Shown here: piece after piece, positions 1 through 9,802 of the stretch
Layout of the letters: every line of letters begins with the position of its first letter
Numbering within the stretch: position 1 is the stretch's first letter
Origin: a virus
Virus record (IMG/VR): IMGVR_UViG_3300050343_000215
Location: 113,687 to 177,686 of that record
Reading direction: 5' to 3' (one strand)
Length of the DNA stretch: 64,000 nt
Position numbers and translations under genes: made by a program
Notes under the pieces: generated by a model
The model's input: the letters and a program-made list of their open reading frames with translations, nothing else
Told to the model about the DNA's origin: nothing
The model's database searches: none

Positions 1-1292
1 TGCTCCATCAGTTCCCAATCATCCACGGTAATAACACCTTTGAGGATTAATTGAGTCTTCAACATATCATTAAAGAGATGTGAGAACTGCTTACGAAGTC
101 TACCGACAAATTTAATAAACTTGAGTTCGTCACGTAGGATCTCATTAGAGCGTCCTAGACTAAATCCCTTTTCTTCGCCCACGCGAGATGGTGGGAGGTT
201 GAGAGATTTGTAGAGTTTCTTCAGGAAGTATTCAACGTCCTTTAGTTCTCCAAGGTTCTGAGCACCAGGAAGTGTGGTGATTTCTGTACCTCTACCACCT
301 TCGCGGCGAGGCAACCAGAAATCTTCCAGCATACTCATGAACTTTTTATCGTCACGAATCTCACCAGTGCTGGCATCATATACCAGTTTATTTCTATAGC
401 GAGACATAACCTCTCTGAGGTATTGCTCTGCCTTAACTTTAGGAAGATTACCAACATCAATGTAGAAAATTCTACGCTCAGGAGCGCGTGACATTCTATA
501 GATAACCAGAGAATCTTCAATCATTCTCAATTGGTTAACTGCCTTCAATGCCTTATGAAGATAAGACAATGGCAGATTTTGATTCATGTCCATCAGTCCT
601 GACGTGCAGAACGTAATCGCATCGGGTGCAATCTTCACACCGAGTTGATCGTTCCCTGCAAGACTAACCGCTGCTTTGTGGTTGAATATTCCTTTGGGAT
701 TGTAAAGATAGTATTCGTTTACATCACCATAGTTTAGTTTTTGATTATCTCCTTGTCCAGCAGTGGGTTTCTTCTTAACCTCACGCATTTTTTTGACCTT
801 CATTGGGTCAATGTAGCGAAGTTCTTTAATCCCTTCAGTGGGTTTATTTACATCAATTACCTTATGGTAATAAAGTCTTCCGTCAATATACCAACGTCTA
901 AAAATATGATAGCATTTTTTATCAAACTGCAGTAAGCGTTTGATCTCATTAAATTCTTCTCTGATTCTCTTCTTGATTGAATCGCTTTGATCAAGATTAG
1001 AGAGTTCAATTTCTACAGGTGAATCATCACCATCCGCAACAATTGCTTCGTTGACTACTTCATCAATTGCGGAGTCAACTTCAGGGTGCAATGAGACTTC
1101 ACGATACTTTCGGATCTGCTGAAACTCATTTTTGGATACGCCCTCCATGTCAACGTATTGACCGTAATAACCTCCAGCAGAGATTGTTACGGTCCCGTCG
1201 TCATTATTAGGAGCAACAGGAGATACTAACCCCTGCTGCTTCTTTTTCTTTTGGTCTCCTTTATCAAGGGAAAACCCAAATAACTCCGCCAT
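1..1292 (-). CDS. gp20: Portal vertex protein, 5' part; runs off the left window edge
   Basis: Not in the ORF track. Hand translation from ATG at 1292 gives MAELFGFSLDKGDQKKKKQQGLVSPVAPNNDDGTVTISAGGYYGQYVDMEG..., and the frame continues through ...EDFWLPRREGGRGTEITTLPGAQNLGELKDVEYF..., the T4 gp20 signature. It follows gp19. Confidence 0.96.
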   Translation of the reverse strand, partial: MAELFGFSLDKGDQKKKKQQGLVSPVAPNNDDGTVTISAGGYYGQYVDMEGVSKNEFQQIRKYREVSLHPEVDSAIDEVVNEAIVADGDDSPVEIELSNLDQSDSIKKRIREEFNEIKRLLQFDKKCYHIFRRWYIDGRLYYHKVIDVNKPTEGIKELRYIDPMKVKKMREVKKKPTAGQGDNQKLNYGDVNEYYLYNPKGIFNHKAAVSLAGNDQLGVKIAPDAITFCTSGLMDMNQNLPLSYLHKALKAVNQLRMIEDSLVIYRMSRAPERRIFYIDVGNLPKVKAEQYLREVMSRYRNKLVYDASTGEIRDDKKFMSMLEDFWLPRREGGRGTEITTLPGAQNLGELKDVEYFLKKLYKSLNLPPSRVGEEKGFSLGRSNEILRDELKFIKFVGRLRKQFSHLFNDMLKTQLILKGVITVDDWELME

Positions 1293-1321
1293 TGTATAAA
1301 GTTAACTACGTTTACTGTAGT

Positions 1322-1328
1322 TATTTAT
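1322..1328 (-). promoter_or_regulatory. T4-type late promoter (ATAAATA) for gp20
   Basis: ATAAATA on the minus strand about 30 nt upstream of the gp20 ATG. Confidence 0.6.
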
Positions 1329-1334
1329 TCAGGA

Positions 1335-1931
1335 TCAGATAGAAGCACCAGCGCCAATATCTACAGTGCTATCAGATTTCTTAGATTCCCACCAGTCATA
1401 CTGGAATTCAACAGTGTATTCAGCAATAGTATTATTGTTGTCATATGACAAATCAATCTGAGCAATGTTAGTTGGGAAAGCATTCTGAAACTCATATGAT
1501 CTCACAACGCTATGTGGATCAGTGAGTGATGTAGCAGTGCTTGTACCACGTTCCAGTTGTGAAACTTTTAGTGTGGAAGCAAAATCATCTGTGTAACCTG
1601 CACCGTTTTCATGCTTATTCAATTTGTTCATCCACTTTTCAAAGTATGCTCTTACTGACATGTCCTCATCAGCCATGACTGTAATAGTCCATGATTCAAA
1701 CGTTCTGTCACCAGGAAGTTTGATAACTCTACCTCTGAAAGGAACTTCTACAGTTCCGATTGTACTAGCAGGAATGCCAGCAGAACGACAGAGGAATGTG
1801 AAATCGGCGTCTGATCCTTTTACTGCTGCTACATCATCTAAATTAGATTCCAGGTTTGTTACCTGGACCATGAATAAATTGGGGCGGATACCGTATCCAA
1901 TTTTGTTCTTGAATGAAGTTAAGTTTGCCAT
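1335..1931 (-). CDS. gp19: Tail tube protein
   Basis: RPNLF, VPFRGRVIKLPGDRTFESWTITV and FPTNIAQIDLSYD..IAEYTVEFQYDWW motifs; lies between gp18 and gp20; AGGAGA RBS. Confidence 0.97.
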   Translation of the reverse strand: MANLTSFKNKIGYGIRPNLFMVQVTNLESNLDDVAAVKGSDADFTFLCRSAGIPASTIGTVEVPFRGRVIKLPGDRTFESWTITVMADEDMSVRAYFEKWMNKLNKHENGAGYTDDFASTLKVSQLERGTSTATSLTDPHSVVRSYEFQNAFPTNIAQIDLSYDNNNTIAEYTVEFQYDWWESKKSDSTVDIGAGASI

Positions 1932-1953
1932 TGTTTGATTATCTCCTTAAGTG

Positions 1954-1960
1954 TATTTAT
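1954..1960 (-). promoter_or_regulatory. T4-type late promoter (ATAAATA) for gp19
   Basis: ATAAATA in the gp18-gp19 gap, upstream of the AGGAGA RBS. Confidence 0.65.
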
Positions 1961-1967
1961 TTTCTAA

Positions 1968-3908
1968 TCAAACTCTGCCGATAACTTCATTAAAGCTAAC
2001 ACCACTGCGAGTAGCAACGAATGTTAGAGTAATGAAATTAATAGAGCGAGAAGGTTTGATGTAGATGTCAGCAACAAATTCATTACGATCAATAACATCA
2101 GGGGTGTTATTTGACGTATCCGCAACTATGAGGAAATCAGTCATACCTCTTCTTGCTTGGATATCACGCATGTAGTTATTAACCTGCGTGGAGAAGTTCA
2201 AGCGAGTAGTCTCATCATTTAATTCAAACAGAACGTTTCTTGAGAAGTTCTTGACTGTTCTCTCAAGAATGAGGAACAAACGGCGAACGTTAATTCTGTC
2301 AAAGGCAGAAGGACTGCGAAGAGCAGTTTTGTCGCCAAACAGAACGATACCCTGACCAGGGAACGAAACGATTGGATTGACACGATTAGAATAGAGATCA
2401 TCTCTCTGTGCTTTATTTGGATTAAATGCAATCTTAATTGCATTTCTTAGGTTTCCTCTATTGAAACCAGCAGGGGAATACCATGCTTCCGAGACAGCAG
2501 TTGTGTTAACACAAAGACCAGCCATGTCAGCATTGGTTGGAATATAACGATATTGATCGTTAAATCTGTCGTAGATATACTTGTAGTTGTTATCAAATAC
2601 AGCGTAAGAAGAACTATCGCTAATTGCCTCAAAGAACTTAGTTACATTCTCTGCTTGAGCAGATGTTGTAGAAGCATTTGCGCCAACAACATCAGATCTT
2701 TGTGGTGAAATGAAGGCGATGCAATCTTTTCTCGTGTTAGCAAGGTTGATCAGTGCGTTTGCTTTGGCAAGGTTTGATGGTCCTGCAAGAACGTAGTCAA
2801 TCGTGATAGTTTCTGTGTCACCAAAAACATCAAGATAAGTTTGAGTCTCATTACCAACAGTATAAGTGTTGTAATCAGTACCAGCAGATAGTGTATACGA
2901 ACGAGGACCGTATAAGTGGAATGAAGAAGCAGCAGTGGCAGAACCTGTAATTGCTACAGAACCAGTATAGCTGTAAACATCAGATCCATCTTCATATGAT
3001 CCAAGGAACACATACTTGGAACGACCCTTGATTACATCTTTATAATGATTTGCTTCACCTTCGCTGGTTCTAGCACCAGGAGCTTTTGAAACGTAAAGAA
3101 TTTTTTCTAGAACAGAATTTGCTGTTCCAGTAATACCACCTGTTTTATCAAGAACTACGACGTGCATCTCATCGTTAGCACCACCACGAGACGCGACAAA
3201 AGGAGAAGTACCAGGACGAGGAGCAAGTGCATTCCATTTGATGCCTCCAGCAACAGTATATTGCATGTCATACCAGTTGGCGACACTTTCAACATTTTCT
3301 GTGCTTACTGTTCCGCCTTGTACGAATTTAGCAGAACCGGCATCAAGAACGACAGAGACTTTCGTTGTGTCGCCAGTGTTATCTTCATATGCAACACCAG
3401 TAGCAGTTCCGTCAGTAACTGCGTCTCCTTGTGAGAATGCTACACCGTTAGCAAGTGTCAGAATTTGATCTGCACCACTGTCAATGGTTACAACCTGAAG
3501 TGCGTTTCCATGAGTTCCTGGAGTTCTTGCAGCGAAGTCATAAGATTGAGCACTACCTTCAATGTTTGCTTCGTATGCAGCACGGTTGTTAATTTTTACC
3601 GTTGCGACTGCTGCTGAGTTAGCATTTGTGAGATGAGTTGAAGATGCATCAGCAATTCTAGCAACCTGCAGGTTACCACCATAGTTAAGAAACTCAGAAG
3701 CAGTAAACCAAAACTCGTAATTATCTGCAGTAGGTTTACCAAATTTTTCTACTAATTCTTTCTCACTCGTAACTAATTCTGCTGCGCCGACATCCCCTTG
3801 CAGGAAAGGTGCAGCAATAGCGCCGATGTTAGTGATTGTTTCTTGGAGACGTGAATTAGTAAAATCGCGCTCCTGAACAACAATCCCTGGCGATACTTGT
3901 GTTGCCAT
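1968..3908 (-). CDS. gp18: Tail sheath protein
   Basis: Begins MATQVSPGIVVQERD; WYSPAGFNRG, GDKTALRSPSAFDRINVRRLF and IKPSRSINFITLTFVATRSGVSFNE motifs. Confidence 0.98.
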   Translation of the reverse strand: MATQVSPGIVVQERDFTNSRLQETITNIGAIAAPFLQGDVGAAELVTSEKELVEKFGKPTADNYEFWFTASEFLNYGGNLQVARIADASSTHLTNANSAAVATVKINNRAAYEANIEGSAQSYDFAARTPGTHGNALQVVTIDSGADQILTLANGVAFSQGDAVTDGTATGVAYEDNTGDTTKVSVVLDAGSAKFVQGGTVSTENVESVANWYDMQYTVAGGIKWNALAPRPGTSPFVASRGGANDEMHVVVLDKTGGITGTANSVLEKILYVSKAPGARTSEGEANHYKDVIKGRSKYVFLGSYEDGSDVYSYTGSVAITGSATAASSFHLYGPRSYTLSAGTDYNTYTVGNETQTYLDVFGDTETITIDYVLAGPSNLAKANALINLANTRKDCIAFISPQRSDVVGANASTTSAQAENVTKFFEAISDSSSYAVFDNNYKYIYDRFNDQYRYIPTNADMAGLCVNTTAVSEAWYSPAGFNRGNLRNAIKIAFNPNKAQRDDLYSNRVNPIVSFPGQGIVLFGDKTALRSPSAFDRINVRRLFLILERTVKNFSRNVLFELNDETTRLNFSTQVNNYMRDIQARRGMTDFLIVADTSNNTPDVIDRNEFVADIYIKPSRSINFITLTFVATRSGVSFNEVIGRV

Positions 3909-3943
3909 GTTTACCCCTAAATTTCAGAAATTTGTTCTGTGAT

Positions 3944-3950
3944 TATTTAT
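3944..3950 (-). promoter_or_regulatory. T4-type late promoter (ATAAATA) for gp18
   Basis: ATAAATA about 36 nt upstream of the gp18 start. Confidence 0.65.
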
Positions 3951-3987
3951 TAAAACCTATCTTTTAAGAGGGGAAACAATGCATGAA

Positions 3988-4212
3988 CTACCAGTCTGGA
4001 TATGACCAACTACGGTTGTCACTACGTTTTCTATTTTTGGTTACTCTATCTACAGTACATTCCTTACACTCATAGGCATATGCTGAAGGTGTTGCTCTTC
4101 CTTTTCTGGTTCTATAGAAATCGCTAATTAATTCTTTAATTTTCCCACAAGATTTACATTTTCTTTGGGTAAAAAGTAGGTGTTCTAATTCAAACTCCTC
4201 TTCAAAATTCAT
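3988..4212 (-). CDS. Small CxxC...CxxC zinc-finger protein
   Basis: 74 aa with CKSC and CKEC; ATG overlaps the gp17 stop (translational coupling). Confidence 0.75.
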   Translation of the reverse strand: MNFEEEFELEHLLFTQRKCKSCGKIKELISDFYRTRKGRATPSAYAYECKECTVDRVTKNRKRSDNRSWSYPDW

Positions 4213-5876
4213 TATAGATAAGAACCCATGTAAGTAAAGTCAGAAGCTACATCACCATACTCATCTAAGAACCAACGATCTCCTTCTTTATCCACAAAAC
4301 TTTCTTGTTCTTCTAGACCATCGGAAACAAAACCGAATGGTGCCATGTCCTGCTCAATCTGATTCTTTTGCTCATCATAGATTCTTTGACGAACATCATT
4401 GTCCGTCATTTCTTTAAAGTAATCTTGTACTGCTAACCATGCAAAAATTACTAGACACATCGCAAGATCATCATGACATCCTTCTTCTGCCTCAAACGAT
4501 TCACGTTTAGAGATGAATGTCGTGAGTTCTGCGATAGTCTCATAGTCTGGGATGACTAGTTTGTCATCCTCAATAAAAGTCTTTAGGTTCAAACATCCAA
4601 TCTTCTTCACGGTCTTAGACATCTTAACGCCAAGTTGTGTTTTCTTTCCAGAGAATCCTGTTCCAACAATCTGACCAGCACGTCCTCTCATGGCACACAT
4701 AAGAATATGATCATACTCCAGATCATAATGCATCATAGATGCTACCTGATCTCCAATATCATTAACTTCAGTTAAAATATATGCTCTATTATATCCATTG
4801 GCAATATCAACAATAATTGTAGGGAACATGATAGCTTTGATTTCATTGTTCCTGTATCGTGCTACCAACCTGTAAGGGAACTTTGTAATGTCAAAAACCA
4901 AAAATGCGCTATAATCACTGCCCACACCACGGGCAACGTCAACAGTAACAATGTAATCGTGGTCCTTTTGCGGGTTTTCATATACTACTAAACCTTTATT
5001 ATTACTAGTGATAGGATCATCATACACCATTGTCCGCAATTTGCTTGCAGCAATTAATGTATCTACAGATCCCAGAAACTCACACTCAAATTCTTGAGTG
5101 AACTGTCGCTGGGAAGTGTTTGCAATCGTTTGTGCTTTCCAGTTAGCATCTCTGCCAGGAACTTGACTCCAGTGTACTTCTGTAGTGATATATTCGTTCT
5201 TACCCCTCTCAGCATCATGCCAGAGTTTGTAGAACATATTCATCCCGTTAGGGGTGGAGATGATAATAACCTTGGTAGACTTACCAGAGGAGATCGTAGG
5301 GTATACTGAGGAGAAAAACTGCTCGGCAATGTGAGTTGGAACGAAAGCAAATTCGTCCAGGAAGATGATGTTGAATGACATACCTCGGACAGCAGAACTA
5401 GAAGTAGATGCTGCCATGATCTTAGAACCATTCTCAAGTTCTAGAGATCCTTTATTCCATGACACAATACCTTGCTGCATCCACTTAGGAAGGTTCTCAT
5501 AAGCAAGTTGCAACCTACCGAGAAGTTCTCTGGATGTACTTAGTTTGTTTGCTAGGATACCGATGTTGACATTATCATTAAAGATACAATAATGCAGCAG
5601 GTAAGAAACCACAGTGGTACTCTTACCAGTCTGACGTGGTAACTTAGCAATGTTAAAACGATTGCCATGGAACCTTTCAATCATCTCTTCTTGAAAGTCC
5701 CACATCTTAAATGGCACCAGACCCTCATCTAGTGACACAATCTTGATATAATTTTTAGTAAAGTAGACGGGATCGTCAGCACATTTCAACCACTCCTGAA
5801 CCTGTTTAGGAGTGAAACTCATTTCCACGTTCGCCGCTTTTAGATTGGGCGAACCTTTATAAACTTTATCAGCCAT
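4212..5876 (-). CDS. gp17: Terminase large subunit
   Basis: Walker A PRQTGKST, Walker B IIFLDEFAF, ISTPNG, nuclease motifs VDVARG and HDDLAM; no intein visible. Confidence 0.98.
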   Translation of the reverse strand: MADKVYKGSPNLKAANVEMSFTPKQVQEWLKCADDPVYFTKNYIKIVSLDEGLVPFKMWDFQEEMIERFHGNRFNIAKLPRQTGKSTTVVSYLLHYCIFNDNVNIGILANKLSTSRELLGRLQLAYENLPKWMQQGIVSWNKGSLELENGSKIMAASTSSSAVRGMSFNIIFLDEFAFVPTHIAEQFFSSVYPTISSGKSTKVIIISTPNGMNMFYKLWHDAERGKNEYITTEVHWSQVPGRDANWKAQTIANTSQRQFTQEFECEFLGSVDTLIAASKLRTMVYDDPITSNNKGLVVYENPQKDHDYIVTVDVARGVGSDYSAFLVFDITKFPYRLVARYRNNEIKAIMFPTIIVDIANGYNRAYILTEVNDIGDQVASMMHYDLEYDHILMCAMRGRAGQIVGTGFSGKKTQLGVKMSKTVKKIGCLNLKTFIEDDKLVIPDYETIAELTTFISKRESFEAEEGCHDDLAMCLVIFAWLAVQDYFKEMTDNDVRQRIYDEQKNQIEQDMAPFGFVSDGLEEQESFVDKEGDRWFLDEYGDVASDFTYMGSYL

Positions 5877-5879
5877 TTA

Positions 5880-6309
5880 TCAACAGTTCCAAGCTCTCAG
5901 TGATTTATTGATCCTGCTATCGGGATCTCTAGATGTTTTCTTACTAGTCAATTTCTTTTTCATACCCTTCATTCTAGCGCAGAAGGATGCCCTCCTGGGA
6001 TTTCCAACCTTTTGCTTGGTGCTTTAAGGTCAGATCCTGGATTTTCCTTTTCATAAGACTCTGCGTCCTTTTTCGTTAAGTCCTCCTTGACTTACTTTTT
6101 CCTGACTTTTTTGTCCAGGCTGCTCCTTCTTGGGTGAGTTCAAATTCTTCTTTAGCAGTCCTCTCCGACTTTTTGAAAGCATCCTTGTCTGGATAATCGG
6201 AGGATCCAGGTTTAGCAGGTGCTTCTCCACGCTTTCTTTTAGCGTGAATGTTAGCATAAAGTCCACGTTTCGCTTCGCTTAGTTCTCTAAATTCTTTAAA
6301 TGACTTCAT
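5880..6309 (-). pseudogene. Basic hypothetical protein (about 142 aa, SFCARM...SLRAWNC type) broken by three single-base frameshifts; pseudogene or sequencing error
   Basis: Three frames join into MKSFKEF...AWTKKSGKSKS/GGLNEKGR/SYEKENPGSDLKAPSK/VGNPRRASFCARMKGMKKKLTSKKTSRDPDSRINKSLRAWNC*; the span is 430 nt, i.e. net +1. Confidence 0.75.
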
Positions 6310-6333
6310 GCCAGCAGGGAGGGTTTACTAGGA

Positions 6334-6340
6334 TATTTAT
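6334..6340 (-). promoter_or_regulatory. T4-type late promoter (ATAAATA)
   Basis: ATAAATA 25 nt upstream of the ATG at 6309. Confidence 0.55.
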
Positions 6341-6589
6341 TCAATTAAGGTGTGCGACAGAGGATGCCCACACAGAAGCAGAAGAACCTGTAGTTGCTTC
6401 AAGTGTTTCTGCAGGAAGTTTTTTTACCTCAACACGCTCACCAGCGCCGATATAAAAATTATTTCCATTACTGTTAACGATCAAGCAAGCAGCAGTATTA
6501 GTGTTGAGAACTGAAACTAATGTTGCCGAAGATACATTGCTTGCTGCAGAGTCAAGATCAACAGCAACTGATACGGGTTTGATAATCAT
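6341..6589 (-). CDS. Hypothetical protein (82 aa, beta-rich)
   Basis: Fills the gap between gp16 and the next gene in the operon frame. Confidence 0.75.
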   Translation of the reverse strand: MIIKPVSVAVDLDSAASNVSSATLVSVLNTNTAACLIVNSNGNNFYIGAGERVEVKKLPAETLEATTGSSASVWASSVAHLN

Positions 6590-6605
6590 TGTTCTAAATT
6601 TTTAA

Positions 6606-7022
6606 TTATTTATCTTCTAATTTATTTTTTGCTTGCTTCAACATCTTAGCGAGATCAGCAGTAGATCCTACAAACATAGTATTGTTAACTGTTGTTGGTC
6701 CTTTCTTTTCTTCCTGACCTAGATCTTTCATCTTCTTCTGAAGATCAGATAATTTATCAGTGATGTCAGCAACGTTCTTAATGCCCTGGAAGGCGACTTC
6801 GTATGCTCTTGGGTGGTTACTGCTCCTAGCAACGTCTAGGAGTTCCTCAATGGCAACCTGACCCTTCTGAATGAGTTCATACAACTCACCACGAGCATAC
6901 TTATAATCTGTCTCTATATCAGCACTAGTAACATCAACCTTTTCAGGTTTAGGTTGCTCCTCTTCATCCATAGGAGTGATGTCAAAAACATCTTCCATAT
7001 TCTTCTGGAATTTATTGTCCAT
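6606..7022 (-). CDS. gp16: Terminase small subunit
   Basis: DYKYARGELYELIQKG, HPRAYEV and NNTMFVGSTADLAKMLK motifs; lies between gp15 and gp17. Confidence 0.93.
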   Translation of the reverse strand: MDNKFQKNMEDVFDITPMDEEEQPKPEKVDVTSADIETDYKYARGELYELIQKGQVAIEELLDVARSSNHPRAYEVAFQGIKNVADITDKLSDLQKKMKDLGQEEKKGPTTVNNTMFVGSTADLAKMLKQAKNKLEDK

Positions 7023-7818
7023 GATACGTTATACCTTCATTAAATCCGAAGTCATCATCTGGTTGTAATAGAGCATCATCTGCTGCGTTAATAGTACCGT
7101 CGTTATTTTTATCTTCTAATGCTTTAGGTGTAACGTTATATTCCATTATCCTAGCATTAGTATCCTTATCGCCAAGAAAAGTAGTAGCAATAGACTTTCT
7201 AATGATGTCATTGGCAGCAACAGGACCATACATAAAGGTCTTGACGCTAAATCTTAGTGTATAATAAATGTATCTTCTGGTAGAGTAATCACCTTCATAA
7301 TCATCAGTAAAATCAATACTTTCTAAGATGATTGGAATATCTCTCTTCTCATTCATTTCAGGAATAAGATCCACAGTCATACTAAATTGTGGTTGAAAGA
7401 ATGGAAGAATTTGCTCAAGAATCTGCAATGCATCATCTTGAGATTTTGAGATTACATTCAACTCAAATCCAATATTATATGGAACAGGAAGATATTGAGT
7501 TTTAGTTGTTGTCGTTTTACCATCACCAACCGCTCTATTTCTCTGAATAGGAGGAACTTTCCTTGTGCTATCATATGAGATACCGGTCATTTCAAATGAC
7601 AATCTAGGAACAGTAATCGTTACCTTCTTGTCAAGATTTGGAGCAGCAGCAAGTCTTGCTAAAAACTTTTGAATGGGACCATATGCCAATGGAACTTTTT
7701 GCTCCATGACATCTTTGCCATTAGCATCTAAAGTTTTTAATTGAATGTTATTAAAAAGCGTACCAAATGTGGTAACTGTCTTCCTAATAATTTTGTGATA
7801 AAAATAATTTCCTAACAT
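7012..7818 (-). CDS. gp15: Tail sheath stabilizer/completion protein
   Basis: MLGNYFYHKIIRKTVTTFGTLFN, KVPLAYGP.QKF, LPRLSFEM-like and EQILPFFQP motifs. Confidence 0.95.
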   Translation of the reverse strand: MLGNYFYHKIIRKTVTTFGTLFNNIQLKTLDANGKDVMEQKVPLAYGPIQKFLARLAAAPNLDKKVTITVPRLSFEMTGISYDSTRKVPPIQRNRAVGDGKTTTTKTQYLPVPYNIGFELNVISKSQDDALQILEQILPFFQPQFSMTVDLIPEMNEKRDIPIILESIDFTDDYEGDYSTRRYIYYTLRFSVKTFMYGPVAANDIIRKSIATTFLGDKDTNARIMEYNVTPKALEDKNNDGTINAADDALLQPDDDFGFNEGITYHGQ

Positions 7819-8963
7819 TAGAAGCTACCTGTAAAATTACCAAATTCTCCAAACGGATTCCTTTCAGTGAAGTCAAGAATATCATCTGCTTCATCTTCTA
7901 GTTCTCTATTTTCTGAGAACGAATCAGTCATATCAAGAGTGTCAAATGATGAGACTGACCATCTTGCATTAGAATCAGCGCCAACTAATTCTTCGTTGAC
8001 ATTAAATGTCCCATTTGCATATGCAACACTTAATGTTCTAGTGTCCTCGTTCCACTCTGCAACTTTTCCTACAATGTTTGCAGGAGATCCATCAATAACA
8101 ATAGTGGGTGCATAACCAGCAACACTTTCAACATTGCCAAAAACATCATATGTAATGTCGCCATAAACATATGGAGTTGTTGGTGAATTAACTTTAGAGA
8201 CTACACCATTAGTAATCTCTGTTGTTGATGTACCAATCAAAGAATTAGTTGGTGTGAACCAACGTGCTACTGGTGCAGTTTCATACTTACTACCAGCATT
8301 GGTAATAGTAATTTGACCAAGAACTCCATCTACTGCAACTACAGTAGTTGCTGCAGCATTGAATCTTGTTCCTGTAACTTTCTCATCCTGAATCCAATAT
8401 CCAGAACCACCGGCACTGAATACAACGGGGTATACACCAGATTCCATTTCAGTGTTGTCAACAGCAGCAATTCCAGTATCAAAGATACTGTCACCGTACT
8501 CAAAGACTTCACATGTCATGGTATATGTATATAGACTTCCTAACTGATAGAAAGGTTTTTGGTTTTCTACATACTTAATTTCAAATACTGTTTCATTTAA
8601 TGGAAACCAGATAAGGTCACCATCATTAGGTCTTCCGCTGACTATTTTGTTTGTGGAAGTCTCTACAAAATCTTGCCATCTTCTTCTAGATACTGTCAGT
8701 TGAATTTCATCAGTTACACGAAGACCAAATTTAGACAGCATATCTCCATTGCCACCAAACTGCTCAAAGTTTTCAAGATACATCTCAATGAGATAACTAT
8801 CCTTAAACTGTGAGTAGTAGATGTCATTCCATAACTTATCCTCATGAATTTTACGAGGAATATAATAGCAATCCAGACCATACATCTTGATCTGTTCGTC
8901 TACAAGATCCTGAACTAGACCCTGCTCACCCTTTGTTCCTTGTGTGAAGTATAAATTCTTCAT
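7818..8963 (-). CDS. gp14: Neck protein
   Basis: EQIKMYG.DCYYIPR, RPNDGDLIWFP, FEIKYVE..KPFYQLG and LDFTERNPFG motifs. Confidence 0.95.
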   Translation of the reverse strand: MKNLYFTQGTKGEQGLVQDLVDEQIKMYGLDCYYIPRKIHEDKLWNDIYYSQFKDSYLIEMYLENFEQFGGNGDMLSKFGLRVTDEIQLTVSRRRWQDFVETSTNKIVSGRPNDGDLIWFPLNETVFEIKYVENQKPFYQLGSLYTYTMTCEVFEYGDSIFDTGIAAVDNTEMESGVYPVVFSAGGSGYWIQDEKVTGTRFNAAATTVVAVDGVLGQITITNAGSKYETAPVARWFTPTNSLIGTSTTEITNGVVSKVNSPTTPYVYGDITYDVFGNVESVAGYAPTIVIDGSPANIVGKVAEWNEDTRTLSVAYANGTFNVNEELVGADSNARWSVSSFDTLDMTDSFSENRELEDEADDILDFTERNPFGEFGNFTGSF

Positions 8964-8964
8964 C

Positions 8965-9759
8965 TTAACCGACCATATCTAGTGGTGGTAACTCTGCTGC
9001 TAATTTAAATTCACCAAGAATAGTTTCAATTTCTTCTTGTGCATCTTCATAGAACTCTCTTCCATTTAGAGTTGTACCACCAGGAAGTGATACGTTCTTA
9101 AATTTAATAAGGTTTTGTCCCCACTGACGTTTGATCAGAGCGGTAAGATATCTCTTTAACCATACATCATTATAAATTTCTGCTGCATTATTAGGATCAA
9201 TCATTCTATAACAGTCAAGAATTAAATGTTGTCCTGCAGTAATATTACCCCAGTCAGTATCAATGTATAATCTATTTTCTCTTTTGTTAAATCTAATTGG
9301 TTTGAAGTTACCAATTACAAAATCAAGAGTTTCAAGATACTGCTTAACCATATAGTAGTTCAAGATTTCCATTGAACCAAAATTATAAAAGTCATTCAAG
9401 AATAACTGGTACTTCATACTAAAAATATTTCCTGATGTCGCTGATGAACTATTATCATAAGCATAGACTTGCGTTACTCCAAGTACATGCTCAGGAACAG
9501 TAATATAGTTATTCTGCTCCTTAAAATCAGTACCAGCAATTGCACTGTTCGCTTTCGCGTCAGTAATCATCTGTTCAGTAATTTCTACCTTTAAAAATGT
9601 TTTGATGCTTCCATCAAAATGACGCTCTTGGAAGAATTGAATAGCATCGTCCATGAGATCCTCAATCTGATCATCATCTACATTAATCTCTAGGACGGGA
9701 AAACCTAATTTCCTTAAGCAGTAGTCAACTAACTCCTGGCGTGTTGAGGGTCGTGCCAT
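8965..9759 (-). CDS. gp13: Neck protein
   Basis: YCLRKLG.PVLEINV.DDQ, KRYLTALIKRQWGQNLIKF and LPGG.TLNG motifs. Confidence 0.96.
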   Translation of the reverse strand: MARPSTRQELVDYCLRKLGFPVLEINVDDDQIEDLMDDAIQFFQERHFDGSIKTFLKVEITEQMITDAKANSAIAGTDFKEQNNYITVPEHVLGVTQVYAYDNSSSATSGNIFSMKYQLFLNDFYNFGSMEILNYYMVKQYLETLDFVIGNFKPIRFNKRENRLYIDTDWGNITAGQHLILDCYRMIDPNNAAEIYNDVWLKRYLTALIKRQWGQNLIKFKNVSLPGGTTLNGREFYEDAQEEIETILGEFKLAAELPPLDMVG

Positions 9760-9761
9760 GA

Positions 9762-9796
9762 ATAAAAAAATACCCTAGTTTCCTAAAGGTATTTAT
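9762..9796 (-). terminator. Intrinsic terminator (GAAA tetraloop) overlapping the ATAAATA late promoter of gp13
   Basis: Minus strand AUAAAUACCUUUAG-GAAA-CUAGGGUAUUUUUUU, just after the stop at 9803. Confidence 0.65.
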
Positions 9797-9802
9797 CATA
9801 CT

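Noticed and set aside
4212-5876. Intein or intron in the terminase, sheath or portal genes
   Set aside because: Lengths are normal and no splice or homing-endonuclease motifs were seen
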